A stretch of 60,716 bases of DNA, the filler included. It is 4 parts of 4 records of this genome, joined end to end, with 100 filler letters (N's around TTAATTAATTAA, not from the genome) between each part and the next. Parts side by side here need not be neighbours in the genome. Positions count along the whole stretch, not along the records: positions 22,151 to 43,508 come from SRR2962707_4382; 3 more parts are not named here. One strand, 5' to 3'. A model generated the notes under the pieces. The model made no database searches, was not told the origin of the DNA, and was given only the letters and a program-made list of their open reading frames with translations. Below, piece by piece: positions 28,278 to 38,135 of the stretch. The position numbers and the translations under genes were made by a program. How positions within the stretch are numbered: the stretch's first letter is position 1; the number at the start of each line of letters is the position of its first letter.

Positions 28278-31200
28278 ATGCCTGCGAGCCTGACCGCGCA
28301 CGTCATCTTCGTGCACGGTCTCGATGGCGCGCCGTACGGAACTTGGCTGTCAGGTTCGAGTGAGAAGGACTTCTGGCCGGAGTGGCTGGAGCAGGACATC
28401 CCCAACGTTGTTGTCTGGAGCCTCGGGTATGAGGCAACCTCCACATGGTGGAAGAAAGGTGCCGCGCTTGCGCTACCGGACCGCGCGACGAGCATACTGC
28501 CCAGGTTGGTGAATGAACCGGGCCTGCGTACCGGAGACATCTACTTCGTTGTGCACAGTCTTGGTGGACTGGTTGTGAAGCAGGTCCTTCGCTTCGCCGA
28601 AGCCCAAGCTCCACATTCCGCCGATGCTGCGCAGTTTCTGCGGAGAGTTCGCAAGATTGCGTTCATCGGGACGCCCCACGGCGGATCAGATCAGGCGTCG
28701 TTCGTGAACCGACTTGGATTGCTTTTGTTGCCTCGCGCAACGACTGCCGGATTGTCTCGCAATGATCCCCATCTCCGCGATCTGAACGTTTGGTTTAGGA
28801 GCTTTGCTGACAGGAACAGCGTCGACGCTCTCGTGATGCACGAAACTCAGCGGGTGTCTTTTGCGGGAATCCCCGGACTAGGTGGGATCGTTGTGAAAGC
28901 CGACAGCGCCGATCCTGGGCTCTCTCCGGCAACGAACGTGATCCCGATCGTGGCGGACCACTTCAGCATCGTGGCCCCGCGAAATCGCGAGGCGGATGCC
29001 TATCAGAACCTGCTCGCATTTCTCGCAAAGCCCACAACCGGAAAGCACGTGGACACGCTCATCGCTGATACAATCGCTGATGTCGGCGAGGTCGTTGAGC
29101 GGCGCACTGACAAGCTATCGTCCCAAATAGATGCGTCCCGCATCGATATCATGGCGGCAATCGAAGGCGCTCAACGCCCGCGATCTGCCGGTGAGAACGC
29201 GGTTGTCACGGCCGAGTTGGAACGACGCCTGTCTACACTGCGAAAATCGAGATACGTCGTCGGCTATGACGCTCCCGGGGAAGCCCGGCGCCTCGCAAAG
29301 CAGTTGGCAAGCGGCGGAGATCTGGAGGCTGCGTCAGGTGCTTCGAGGGGTATTGCCTACGCGTGGTGCGCCCGTATCTTGGCTGCAGTCGACTTGGACG
29401 TAGCGGAGCAATGTCTGGATGAAGCAAAAGCGCTGGGCGCTGGCGAAGAGAACGTGATTGCAGGCGCTTTCATCGTAGCGTTTCGCAGTCAAAACGCATC
29501 TGCTGGACTTGCGATGCTGGCTGGTATTGCCACACAGCAGGTCAACACGGCGCGCTTCTTAATCGCAGCCAACAAGAAGGAACCGGCGGAGGCGATAAGG
29601 TGGCTGCAGGAGGCTGGCCTTTCTGCTGCTGACCTGGATAGCGACGGCCGTTTCGGTGTCATCCAACGACTTATCGCTTCGGGTGACATCGACCAAGCTC
29701 TGACTGATGTCGCAGCTTTGACTGAGACAGACTTCGAAGCGACGCCTTTGCTTCTTCACTCTGCCGCAATCACGCACCTGGCGGCCGCGATCCATCCCGA
29801 GCTACGTGGAGGTGTGCTTGAGCACCTTCCGATTGGTCTCGATGAGTTTCCGCTGAACTCGACGACGGACGCGCTTGAGCACCGGACACAAGCCAAATCA
29901 TTCTACGAGAGGTCTCAAGAAGCATTTCTGCGCTTGGGGCAGGTCCGAGCGGCCAATATGAGCTCGGACTACGCGCTGTGGCTGTCACTTAGAGATGCGG
30001 AGAGCCGTGCGGCGGCTTGCCGTGTTCTTGAAACGAGCATGTCGGACCCACAGCATCGCCTGAGGCGCTTGCCGATAGCTCTCCTATTCGGCGTTAAGCT
30101 GGATAAGAATGCCGTCGAGCTTGAGCTGGAGCGGGAAGCGACACGAACCGGTGGCAAGTCGGCCGAACTCGCAGTTGCGAGATTTGCGATGGCGAGATCG
30201 CAATCTGATGAGGCAGAGGTTGCGGTCTATATCGAGAAGTATCGCGACCAACTGACTGAATATTTCAATCCTACGTGGATACAGGCGATCGAAGTCGAGA
30301 CGCTTGCAAGGTCAAAACAGCTCGACAAGGCTCGTGCCGTCCTTTCGGAAGTTGAGAAGCAGGACGTTCCGGCCGCGACCATAGAAAGCCTTCGGCGGAT
30401 AGTCGCGGATGAAGCGGGAAGCGATCCGATCGAGAGCGCCGAAGCTGCTTATCAGAAGGGCAAAGGCTTTCCGGACCTTCTAACCCTGTTCGACACTCTG
30501 CGGACACACAGGGCCTGGGCGAAGCTTGCGGTGTACGGAGAGGAGCTGTTTGAACAAACCGAAACAGCGTCGCATGGGTTTGTCTACGTCGAGGCGCTTT
30601 ATCGGTCTGGTAGGTACGCCGACGTGCTCGACGTGGCCTCTCGGTATCCGGCGCTTGCTGCTCTGGCTACCATCAAACACATTCAGGCATGGACCCATTT
30701 CCGTCTGGGCGACCTCGTTGCGGCGAAGAGATTGCTGGAGGAGAGCCGGGCGGACTCTGACAACGAAAGCACTCGAACGCTTGAGAGCAACATCGCGACC
30801 GCGTCAGGCGACTGGAGCGCCCTAAACGTATTCGTTGAGACACAATGGGATCGTCGCGACGAACTATCCTCCGCTGAGTTGCTTCGTGCGGGCAGTCTGG
30901 CCCAGCATATTGGCTCTACTCGGGACCGCGATCTGATCACCGAGGCTGCCCGCAAGGCCGATGGTGATCCTGGCATACTCATTAGTTGCTACACGGCTGC
31001 CATCGCCACCGGATGGGAAAGCGCTGAGGAAATCCACGCCTGGTTCGTCACTGCCGAGGCGAACTCGGGTGCCGATGGGCCGGTGCAGCGGTTCGACTTC
31101 CGCCAGATATTGGACATGGCGCCGGATTGGGATCGTCGAGAGAACGACGCCTGGGATCAGCTGCTCAGAGGCGATCTGCCGATGTACGCGGGAGCGTTCT

Positions 31201-32894
31201 TGGTCAACCGGTCGCCGCTGGAAATGTTCACGATGACCGCTCTAGCGAACGTCGACCAACCGGATCCTCGAAAGCGTGGTGTGGTGTTCGCCTACAGCGG
31301 TGCGCGACCTATTGTTGAGGTGACAGGGAAGTGCGTGGCGTTCGACGTTACCGCGCTTCTCGATCTCGCGTTCGTCGGTCAGTTGTCGAACGCGTTTGCG
31401 CATTTCGAACGCGTCAGGCTCTCGCACCGAACGATGGGTTGGCTGCTAGAGCAACGTCGCGCGGCTCGCTTCCATCAACCCAGTCGCATTCGCGACGCGG
31501 AGGAAATTCGGCGCTTGGTCGACTCCAAAGGGTTGGTGCCCTTTGAGCCGACCGATAGGCCGAACGTGGCGCTTGAGACCGAAGTAGGTGAGGACCTTGC
31601 GTCGATGCTGGTCGCAGCATCGACTTCTACCGCAGCGGGTACGCCAAGCTTCGTGGTTCGTCCCTTCCCGGTTCACAAGCCGGGCAGTCTCATGGAAGAG
31701 CAATCCGACGTCAGCGGCTACGAGCCAGCAATCATTTCGTGCGGTAGCGTGGTTGCCGCCCTCAGGCGCCTTGGTCATCTGACTGAAGCGGAGGAGGCTC
31801 GCGCAATCAAGCATCTCTCGGCGCACGAGGGCGTGTGGCCTCATCAGATTGGGTTAATTCCGCAAGGGGCTGAGCTGTATCTTGATGATGTAGCGGTTAG
31901 CTATTTCCAGTTTCTTGGTCTTCTTTCCAAACTCAAGACGGCGGGGTTCAAAGCTCGCATTTCAAAGAGAGAAGTCTCATTGGTGGACGCGCTCTTGGAT
32001 CGGCATGCCTACACGGTTGCTCTCGACGACGTCATTGAGGACATTCGCGCGGCCGTTCTCAATGGTGTCCGGTCGGGCCACATCCGGCTGGGACTCCAGG
32101 CCGCAACTGATTCTGACGACGATACGAGCGATCCAACTGAGCAGCCCACCATCGGGCTGTTTGCAGTGTCTGACGCTGATGCGTTTGTCATCGATGACCG
32201 GTTCTTTAATCAACATGGATCGATCGATGTTCCATCAGGTCGCCGACCAGTGTTCACATCTTTGGACATTCTAGACGCGTTGAGAGTAAAGGGGACGATC
32301 TCGGACAGAACGTTTGGGGAGGTGCTAACGCGCCTGCGGCGAGGTGGCTTCCTGTTGATGCCGATCCTACCAACGGAACTTGAGGCCGCTCTGACGAGTG
32401 CCAGTGTGGCGGATGCGGCTTTGGTCGAGAACGCGGAACTGAAGGCTATTCGAGAAGGGCAACTAAAAAGCCGGATGCTTGATGTGCTCCAGCTTCCCAA
32501 AGAGTCTCAGTGGAACGACGGAAATCTTCAAGTCGTCATCAATTCGCTTCGCAGGCAGTGGCGAGCGGACGTCGCTGACGACGTGTCGAGGGCTCGGTCT
32601 GAATGGCTATTGCCGTTTTTGGATCAACGGGGGTGGGCTCATAGATCCCCCCCCGATCGCCCACCAGCGGACGAACGTCGGGCCGCTCAGGTCCTTCTGG
32701 TTGCGCAGCTGCCTGGATCGGAGAAGAGTGTGCGCCAGCGATATGAGGACTGGTTCGAACACGTCGTCCTCGAACCCGTCAAAGACCACGAACCAAGGGT
32801 CTATGAGCGGGTCCTGCAAATCGCCCGTAGAATTGTGGAAGCAACGGCAAACCGGGAAATGCCAGAGCTCGATGACGACGGGGACGACGCGTGA
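28278..32894 (+). CDS. Large multidomain protein: alpha/beta-hydrolase + TPR-like repeats + PIN-like C-terminal region (putative defence protein)
   Basis: IFVHGLDG, nucleophile elbow VHSLGGLVVKQ, FIGTPHGGS and ADHFSI; an Ala/Leu-rich helical repeat middle; PIN-like acidic motifs VAFDVTALL, LYLDDVAV, FVIDDRF. Confidence 0.75.
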   Translation: MPASLTAHVIFVHGLDGAPYGTWLSGSSEKDFWPEWLEQDIPNVVVWSLGYEATSTWWKKGAALALPDRATSILPRLVNEPGLRTGDIYFVVHSLGGLVVKQVLRFAEAQAPHSADAAQFLRRVRKIAFIGTPHGGSDQASFVNRLGLLLLPRATTAGLSRNDPHLRDLNVWFRSFADRNSVDALVMHETQRVSFAGIPGLGGIVVKADSADPGLSPATNVIPIVADHFSIVAPRNREADAYQNLLAFLAKPTTGKHVDTLIADTIADVGEVVERRTDKLSSQIDASRIDIMAAIEGAQRPRSAGENAVVTAELERRLSTLRKSRYVVGYDAPGEARRLAKQLASGGDLEAASGASRGIAYAWCARILAAVDLDVAEQCLDEAKALGAGEENVIAGAFIVAFRSQNASAGLAMLAGIATQQVNTARFLIAANKKEPAEAIRWLQEAGLSAADLDSDGRFGVIQRLIASGDIDQALTDVAALTETDFEATPLLLHSAAITHLAAAIHPELRGGVLEHLPIGLDEFPLNSTTDALEHRTQAKSFYERSQEAFLRLGQVRAANMSSDYALWLSLRDAESRAAACRVLETSMSDPQHRLRRLPIALLFGVKLDKNAVELELEREATRTGGKSAELAVARFAMARSQSDEAEVAVYIEKYRDQLTEYFNPTWIQAIEVETLARSKQLDKARAVLSEVEKQDVPAATIESLRRIVADEAGSDPIESAEAAYQKGKGFPDLLTLFDTLRTHRAWAKLAVYGEELFEQTETASHGFVYVEALYRSGRYADVLDVASRYPALAALATIKHIQAWTHFRLGDLVAAKRLLEESRADSDNESTRTLESNIATASGDWSALNVFVETQWDRRDELSSAELLRAGSLAQHIGSTRDRDLITEAARKADGDPGILISCYTAAIATGWESAEEIHAWFVTAEANSGADGPVQRFDFRQILDMAPDWDRRENDAWDQLLRGDLPMYAGAFLVNRSPLEMFTMTALANVDQPDPRKRGVVFAYSGARPIVEVTGKCVAFDVTALLDLAFVGQLSNAFAHFERVRLSHRTMGWLLEQRRAARFHQPSRIRDAEEIRRLVDSKGLVPFEPTDRPNVALETEVGEDLASMLVAASTSTAAGTPSFVVRPFPVHKPGSLMEEQSDVSGYEPAIISCGSVVAALRRLGHLTEAEEARAIKHLSAHEGVWPHQIGLIPQGAELYLDDVAVSYFQFLGLLSKLKTAGFKARISKREVSLVDALLDRHAYTVALDDVIEDIRAAVLNGVRSGHIRLGLQAATDSDDDTSDPTEQPTIGLFAVSDADAFVIDDRFFNQHGSIDVPSGRRPVFTSLDILDALRVKGTISDRTFGEVLTRLRRGGFLLMPILPTELEAALTSASVADAALVENAELKAIREGQLKSRMLDVLQLPKESQWNDGNLQVVINSLRRQWRADVADDVSRARSEWLLPFLDQRGWAHRSPPDRPPADERRAAQVLLVAQLPGSEKSVRQRYEDWFEHVVLEPVKDHEPRVYERVLQIARRIVEATANREMPELDDDGDDA

Positions 32895-34821
32895 CCGAGT
32901 CGAAACAAAAACGTCTCAAGGCGGTTGCGGCGCTACTCAACTTTCACGAGGCGCTACGCGAAGATATCGTTGACCTGCCGGGCTTCAAGCAAACCTTAGA
33001 CATCCCATCGGAGGCGGAACTTACCTTCGGCGCTTTAGGCCTCGCCTTCCTGCGGTCGACGTTTTTCAACGCACTTCGCGAGCTATACGCGGATCGGTCG
33101 CATGTCAGGACTGTCGTCGCCGAAGACGGACGTTCTTGTGGACTTGCGCTGAGAGTTGACGACGACCGGACGATCGTCGCTTGCAAAGTTGGGACAGAGA
33201 CCTTTGAGCTTCCAGGGTTCACTATGGTTTCACCGAAGGCATCGGACCGGCTAGCTGAGTTCGATCGGATCGCTGAGCGCGACTTCGTACATGACGCTTC
33301 CGCGAACATGTGGCGGCAACGTCTCGAGGACGGCCGTTGTCCGACGCGGAGGTGAGTCAACTGATGGGCGAACTAGAACAGAGTCCGGTTCGCATTCGGG
33401 AAAAGATTCGCGCCGATGCGAAACTCGGGAAGGCGTCGACCCCCACAATCATCCCGCATAGCCGAGCGTACTTTCAGCGCTTAGTCGGCTCGTCGCTCGG
33501 TAAGACCGAACTTGGCGACTTTGTTTCCGGGCCTTGCAAAGCCCACATTGAAGCGTTGCTGCGATGGGATCCAGCAGTCGGGTTTGGCTTGGCGCTTCTC
33601 GTCGCAGGGGGCCACTCCACCATTTCCGAATTAGTGGAACTTGGCGAAAGGCCAAAGGCGGATGTCGTGACCGCCTATGAGTGGCTTGCGGATCGAGGGG
33701 ATCGGTTCTCGCAGATCGCTGGGGTGGAGATCGGCATACGATCGATCGCCACCCACCCAAGCATAGAGGGTAGCCTCATCAGAATGATCGAAGAGATTAG
33801 GGACGAGGATGTCACCGCCGATGATAGTCGGTTTGCCCTCACTGCCAGCTTGTTCGTGCTTGTCGATGGCGAGCTGTCACGACGTAACCTGATGCTCGAC
33901 GAACCACCGTACTGGCGAAGGCTCGCCGCGTTGGCCCAGGCCTCGATGTTTGAACGCGAACTCGTCTTGAGCCACGTCCAGATTGAATCGTTCTCGCAGT
34001 GGGCGACAATGGGTAGGGGTGGCGACTTCCTTGTGCAGGCGCTGGCCGATTTGCGCGTCGAACCGAGATGGCTCCCGAATTTCATGTCTCCAGAGCGGCT
34101 TAAAGACGAGGCGATTTCGCGAATCGTCACCGCAGGAAATCGGCTTGAGGACAACGAAGGATCGGAAAAGCTTCGCGCTCTGTTGAAGGGAGACGGCGAA
34201 GAGGGGCTGCGAGCTCGGGTGAAATTTCCTATGTCGTACTTGCCCGGGCCATTGGAGGGAAAGACCATCCCAGCCATGGAGCTGCCGGCCGAGCTAGTTG
34301 ACGACCTGCGAGGCGAGAAGGATAGCGAGACGCTCGACTCTCAATCGCTCGCGGGACTTGTGAACTCAGCTCTCGTGTTCCGGATTACCGAAGAGCACTC
34401 GCGGCTCGCGGGAGAGGCACTGAAGAAGGTGCGGCACCAAGTTGCTATGGGCAACAGCGACGGAGAGTCATTCGCTTTACTGGTAGGCTTGGCCACCGTT
34501 GCTGCGGTTACCCGTGCGCCAGAACTTAGCAAAGATGTTCGCATCCTCGCCCGCGTTCTCCGGCGGCGACCCGGAACTCATTTCGACGTTGACGCCCTAA
34601 TACGCGTTGGCCTGATAGCTTCGGCAGCGAACCCTGAACTCAAAGCGTGGTGCGAGTCGGTCGGGGCATGGTTTGTGGAGATCGCCCAGGAGGAGATGAC
34701 CGCGGAAGATGCCTTTGGCCTTCGCCAGCACCTTCGGAAACTTTGCACTGTTGTCCCAGACCTTTGGCCCTATGTTGGCAAGGCGGATGCGGCCTTGGCT
34801 GCGGTTGCGCAAGCCGCGTAG
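32891..34821 (+). pseudogene. Partner gene of the large protein, split by a 1-nt frameshift near 33332-33336 (real lesion or assembly error)
   Basis: GTGA overlap with the upstream stop. ORFs 32891-33355 and 33310-34821 join as ...RLEDGPLSDAEVSQL... if one C is added to GACGGCCGTTG. Confidence 0.7.
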
Positions 34822-34905
34822 CGATGGCCGAAGGCGCGGAAGGTGGCAACGGGAGTGCACATCGCCAAGCGAAGTCAGCAAACCTCTTCGTATAAGTAAC
34901 TGGGT

Positions 34906-34983
34906 TCCGCTTTGGGCCACAAGCGGATCCAAGGCTATTCCGTCGGGGTGTCTGCTTGTCGCCGAGCACCGCTAATAGCCGAC
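34906..34983. repeat. Short palindromes downstream of the large-protein cassette
   Basis: TCCGCTT-TGGGCCAC-AAGCGGA (perfect 7-bp stem) and GTCTGCT...AGCCGAC. Confidence 0.45.
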
Positions 34984-35027
34984 AGTCTGCAAACGGCCCC
35001 TTCCTCGCCGGGCAGCTCGCCACGACG

Positions 35028-35819
35028 CTAGGTTTGATCCGATTTGGTCGAATGAGAGAAGAAGGGCGAGCGTAGAGCTGCGATTCCTATTTCCTCTGCT
35101 GCTTTTTTGACATCAGGTGCCAGCTCTGAAACACGCGCTTTGGTCATGCGCACGGATGGCCCCGCGACGCTTATAGTGCCGATGGTTTGCTTGTTGGAAA
35201 CATGCAGTATCGGGGCCGCTATCGCCGATGTTCCGGGTTCGAAAACCTCATGAATCTCGGAGTAACCCAATCGCCTGGCGTCGGCGACATGCTTCATAAC
35301 CTCTGCCAAAGATTTTGGCGCCTTTGGACCATGTCCAGGCCTAATGCCTTGTTTGGCGACGTGCTGAAGCGCCAAATCATCTGACATTGTGGAAAGGTAT
35401 GCGAACCCGTTGGAGGTGGCACCGAGATAGACCTCGGGCTCCTCTGCAGGATTGTACTGCAGTCCGCGACGGGATCCCCGTGCTTTTGCAGTTCGCATGA
35501 GCCTTTCGCCTTCGACTACGCACAGCATGGCGAGTTCTCCCGATTCTTCTGCGAGCCGGTCCAAAATTGGCAAGACGAGGTCGGTAATGCCGGTGCCAAT
35601 CTGATGAATAAGGGCGAGTGAGGACAGCTTGACCGTTAGACTGTAGAGACCGCGGTCGTGTTCCTGACGCACGTAGCCCATTTCACGCAGATCATTGAGC
35701 AGGCGATGGGTTGCGCTTCTGGCGAGCGCGAGCTGCGCGGATATGTCTGCCAAAGGCAGCCCATCAGCGTGGGACGCCAACAATTCGATGATCGACAGGG
35801 CACGGTCGCGTGATGACAT
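35028..35819 (-). CDS. IclR-family transcriptional regulator
   Basis: N-terminal HTH (RALSIIELLA..LARSATHRLL..GYVRQ) and C-terminal SAIAAPI..ISVAGP. GGAG RBS before ATG 35819. Confidence 0.93.
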   Translation of the reverse strand: MSSRDRALSIIELLASHADGLPLADISAQLALARSATHRLLNDLREMGYVRQEHDRGLYSLTVKLSSLALIHQIGTGITDLVLPILDRLAEESGELAMLCVVEGERLMRTAKARGSRRGLQYNPAEEPEVYLGATSNGFAYLSTMSDDLALQHVAKQGIRPGHGPKAPKSLAEVMKHVADARRLGYSEIHEVFEPGTSAIAAPILHVSNKQTIGTISVAGPSVRMTKARVSELAPDVKKAAEEIGIAALRSPFFSHSTKSDQT

Positions 35820-35832
35820 AATCGCTCCAATT

Positions 35833-35925
35833 TTTCTGGAACATTGTCTCAATTGGAACAAAACTGCAATAGGCTTGACATAAGTTGAATGATGTGGAAA
35901 TTGGAACATGTTCCAGTTTTGGAAA
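35833..35925. promoter_or_regulatory. Divergent promoter region with probable IclR operator repeats
   Basis: Several TGGAA(C) copies; palindromes TGGAACATGTTCCA (35902-35915) and TTCCAGTTTTGGAA (35911-35924); TTGACA at 35875. Confidence 0.6.
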
Positions 35926-35937
35926 TGGGAGTTGAGG

Positions 35938-36768
35938 ATGGCGGAAACAGAATGGGAGGTAACGGGCAGTACGCGCTTGTATGTCGTTATCGGCGATCCT
36001 GTCGCGCAGGTTCGTGCTCCCGAACTGCTCAATCCCCTATTCGTCCATTCTGAGATGGACGCAATCGTGGTTCCTCTCCATGTGCGTCAGGACCAGTTGG
36101 ATGACTTGCTGCCAGTCCTTATGCAGACGGAAAATCTTGATGGCATCCTTGTCACCATTCCTCACAAATTCGCTGTTTGCCGCCATGTCTCGAGGGTAAG
36201 CCCGGCGGTGGAAAAGGCAGGGTGCGCCAATGCGCTACGCCGTACCAACCAAGGTTGGGAGGCAGAAAACTTTGATGGCGCGGGATTTGTCCAAGGACTT
36301 AGCGCCCGCGGCTTTAATCCTGGGGGCCAGAGTGTTCTTATCGTAGGATGTGGTGGCGCCGGAGCCTCGATCGCTGCCGGGTTACTCGACGCAAAACCAA
36401 AATCGATCGACCTTTTTGATGCCCAGGTCAACAGAGGTCAAATACTTGCCGAGAGACTCTCGGGCGCGGCACTTTCGGTGCGTGCGTTGGAGGAGTTGTC
36501 TGGCCCCCTTGCTTATGACCTTATTGTCAACGCCACCCCGCTCGGTTTGACCCCAACCGATCCCCTGCCAATCCCCGTGGACCGCATCGAGGGCGCCTTG
36601 GTGGCCGATGTCATCATGAAGCCTCGCGAAACAGCGCTGCTCAAGCGCGCACAGGAACGAGGGCTCCGCACTCACCTCGGCGTTCACATGCTTGACGCGC
36701 AGATCGAAATGTACAGCGCGTTTTTCGGGATAACGCATGAGAGGGAACGTGTGGAGGCTCGCCAATGA
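35938..36768 (+). CDS. Shikimate/quinate dehydrogenase-family protein (AroE-like)
   Basis: VIGDPV, VTIPHK, CANAL, NFDGAGF, GCGGAG, VNATPLG, G.HML. Confidence 0.88.
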   Translation: MAETEWEVTGSTRLYVVIGDPVAQVRAPELLNPLFVHSEMDAIVVPLHVRQDQLDDLLPVLMQTENLDGILVTIPHKFAVCRHVSRVSPAVEKAGCANALRRTNQGWEAENFDGAGFVQGLSARGFNPGGQSVLIVGCGGAGASIAAGLLDAKPKSIDLFDAQVNRGQILAERLSGAALSVRALEELSGPLAYDLIVNATPLGLTPTDPLPIPVDRIEGALVADVIMKPRETALLKRAQERGLRTHLGVHMLDAQIEMYSAFFGITHERERVEARQ

Positions 36769-37433
36769 ATTACAACTTTGATTTCCTCGTCCTCTGGCCC
36801 TATTGGCCCCAGCTTCTTTGGGGCTGTTGGATGACATTGTGGCTCGCGGTCGTATCGGTAGTCTCTGGCTTTCTTGTTGGGCTGTTGACCGCCGTTGTTC
36901 GCGACAGCGCATTTGCGCCACTGCGTTGGCTGGCGATTGGCTATGTTGAACTGATCCGCAATACGCCGTTCTTGCTCCAGATTTTCTTTATCTTTTTTGG
37001 CTTGCCTTCCATTGGCATCAGCCTCAATCCCTGGCCAGCCGCGGTGTTGGCGTTGTCGTTAAACTGCGGCGCGTTTTCGTCCGAGATCATTCGACAGGGC
37101 ATTGATGCTGTCCCGCGCGGGCAATTGGAGGCTGGCCGAGCGCTGGGCCTCAGCGCGCCGCAGATTTTCAGGTTCATTGTGCTAAAGCCCGCGCTGAGGA
37201 TCATTTTTCCCGCGCTTGCCGGCCAGTTCATCCTTGCTTTGCTCACGACCAGTATCGCGTCCTCAATTTCGGCCGAGGAGCTGACGTCCGTGGCTCAGTC
37301 CATAGATACAGTCACGTTCAGAAGCTTTGAGATCTATCTGGTGATCACGCTTTTGTACTTTGGCCTATCTTATGTTTTCGCCTCTGTTTTCAAGGCCATA
37401 ACGCAAACCTTCTTCGCATATCCGGTAAAGTGA
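36765..37433 (+). CDS. Polar amino-acid-type ABC permease
   Basis: RNTPFLLQ, SEIIRQGI..VPRGQLEAGRALG. Confidence 0.92.
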   Translation: MNYNFDFLVLWPYWPQLLWGCWMTLWLAVVSVVSGFLVGLLTAVVRDSAFAPLRWLAIGYVELIRNTPFLLQIFFIFFGLPSIGISLNPWPAAVLALSLNCGAFSSEIIRQGIDAVPRGQLEAGRALGLSAPQIFRFIVLKPALRIIFPALAGQFILALLTTSIASSISAEELTSVAQSIDTVTFRSFEIYLVITLLYFGLSYVFASVFKAITQTFFAYPVK

Positions 37434-37443
37434 GGCGCACGGC

Positions 37444-38100
37444 ATGGTCTTCATTCAAGAATTCGACGCGTCATCTGTCCTCTTCATCCTCTCAGGGCTG
37501 TGGTCGACGATCGTGCTATCGCTCATCGCCTTTGGCATTGGAGGGCTCGTAGGGCTCTTGGTGGCCCTGCTGCGGACCAGTGGCGTCAAAATGTTCGAGA
37601 AGCTTGCAACGGCCTATATCGACTTTTTCCAGGGCACGCCGATGCTGCTTCAGCTGTTTCTTGCCTATTACGGGCTACCGCTCTTGGGCTTAAGGGTCAG
37701 CCCCTGGGTGGCTGTGACTGTGGGGCTGATGTTGCATGCAAGCGCCTATCTTGGGGAGATCTGGCGCGGCGGCATCCAGGCAGTGCCCAAGGGGCAGTCG
37801 GAAGCGGCGTCGGCTCTGGGGTTGTCTTACTACCATCGCCTCAAGAACGTCGTATTGCCCCAAGCAATTCGGCTTTCGCTTGCGCCAACCGTGGGATTTT
37901 CGGTGCAGTTGATCAAGGGAACATCCCTGGCCGCCATAATCGGATTTGTTGATCTCACGCGTTCGGCCCAGATCGTTTCGAGCACCACGTACCAGCCTTT
38001 GCTCGCCTACGGCGTGGCCGGCATCTTCTATTTCGCGCTGTGCTTCCCGCTTTCCTATTTCAGCGCGCGACTGGCCAAGAAATACAATCAAGCTTCGTAA
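37444..38100 (+). CDS. Polar amino-acid-type ABC permease
   Basis: QGTPMLLQ, GEIWRGGI..VPKGQSEAASALG, IKGTSL. Confidence 0.92.
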   Translation: MVFIQEFDASSVLFILSGLWSTIVLSLIAFGIGGLVGLLVALLRTSGVKMFEKLATAYIDFFQGTPMLLQLFLAYYGLPLLGLRVSPWVAVTVGLMLHASAYLGEIWRGGIQAVPKGQSEAASALGLSYYHRLKNVVLPQAIRLSLAPTVGFSVQLIKGTSLAAIIGFVDLTRSAQIVSSTTYQPLLAYGVAGIFYFALCFPLSYFSARLAKKYNQAS

Positions 38101-38135
38101 CGCGGATTATCCGCAAAAAACTGGAGGAGAACCTT

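Noticed and set aside
28278-32894. STAND/NACHT (Avs-like) NTPase assignment for the large protein
   Set aside because: No GxxxxGK[ST] Walker A was found; KPTTGKH is not a match.
35820-36032. N-terminal extension of IclR (334 aa in the track)
   Set aside because: It runs through the operator region and the divergent gene. The HTH begins right after ATG 35819.
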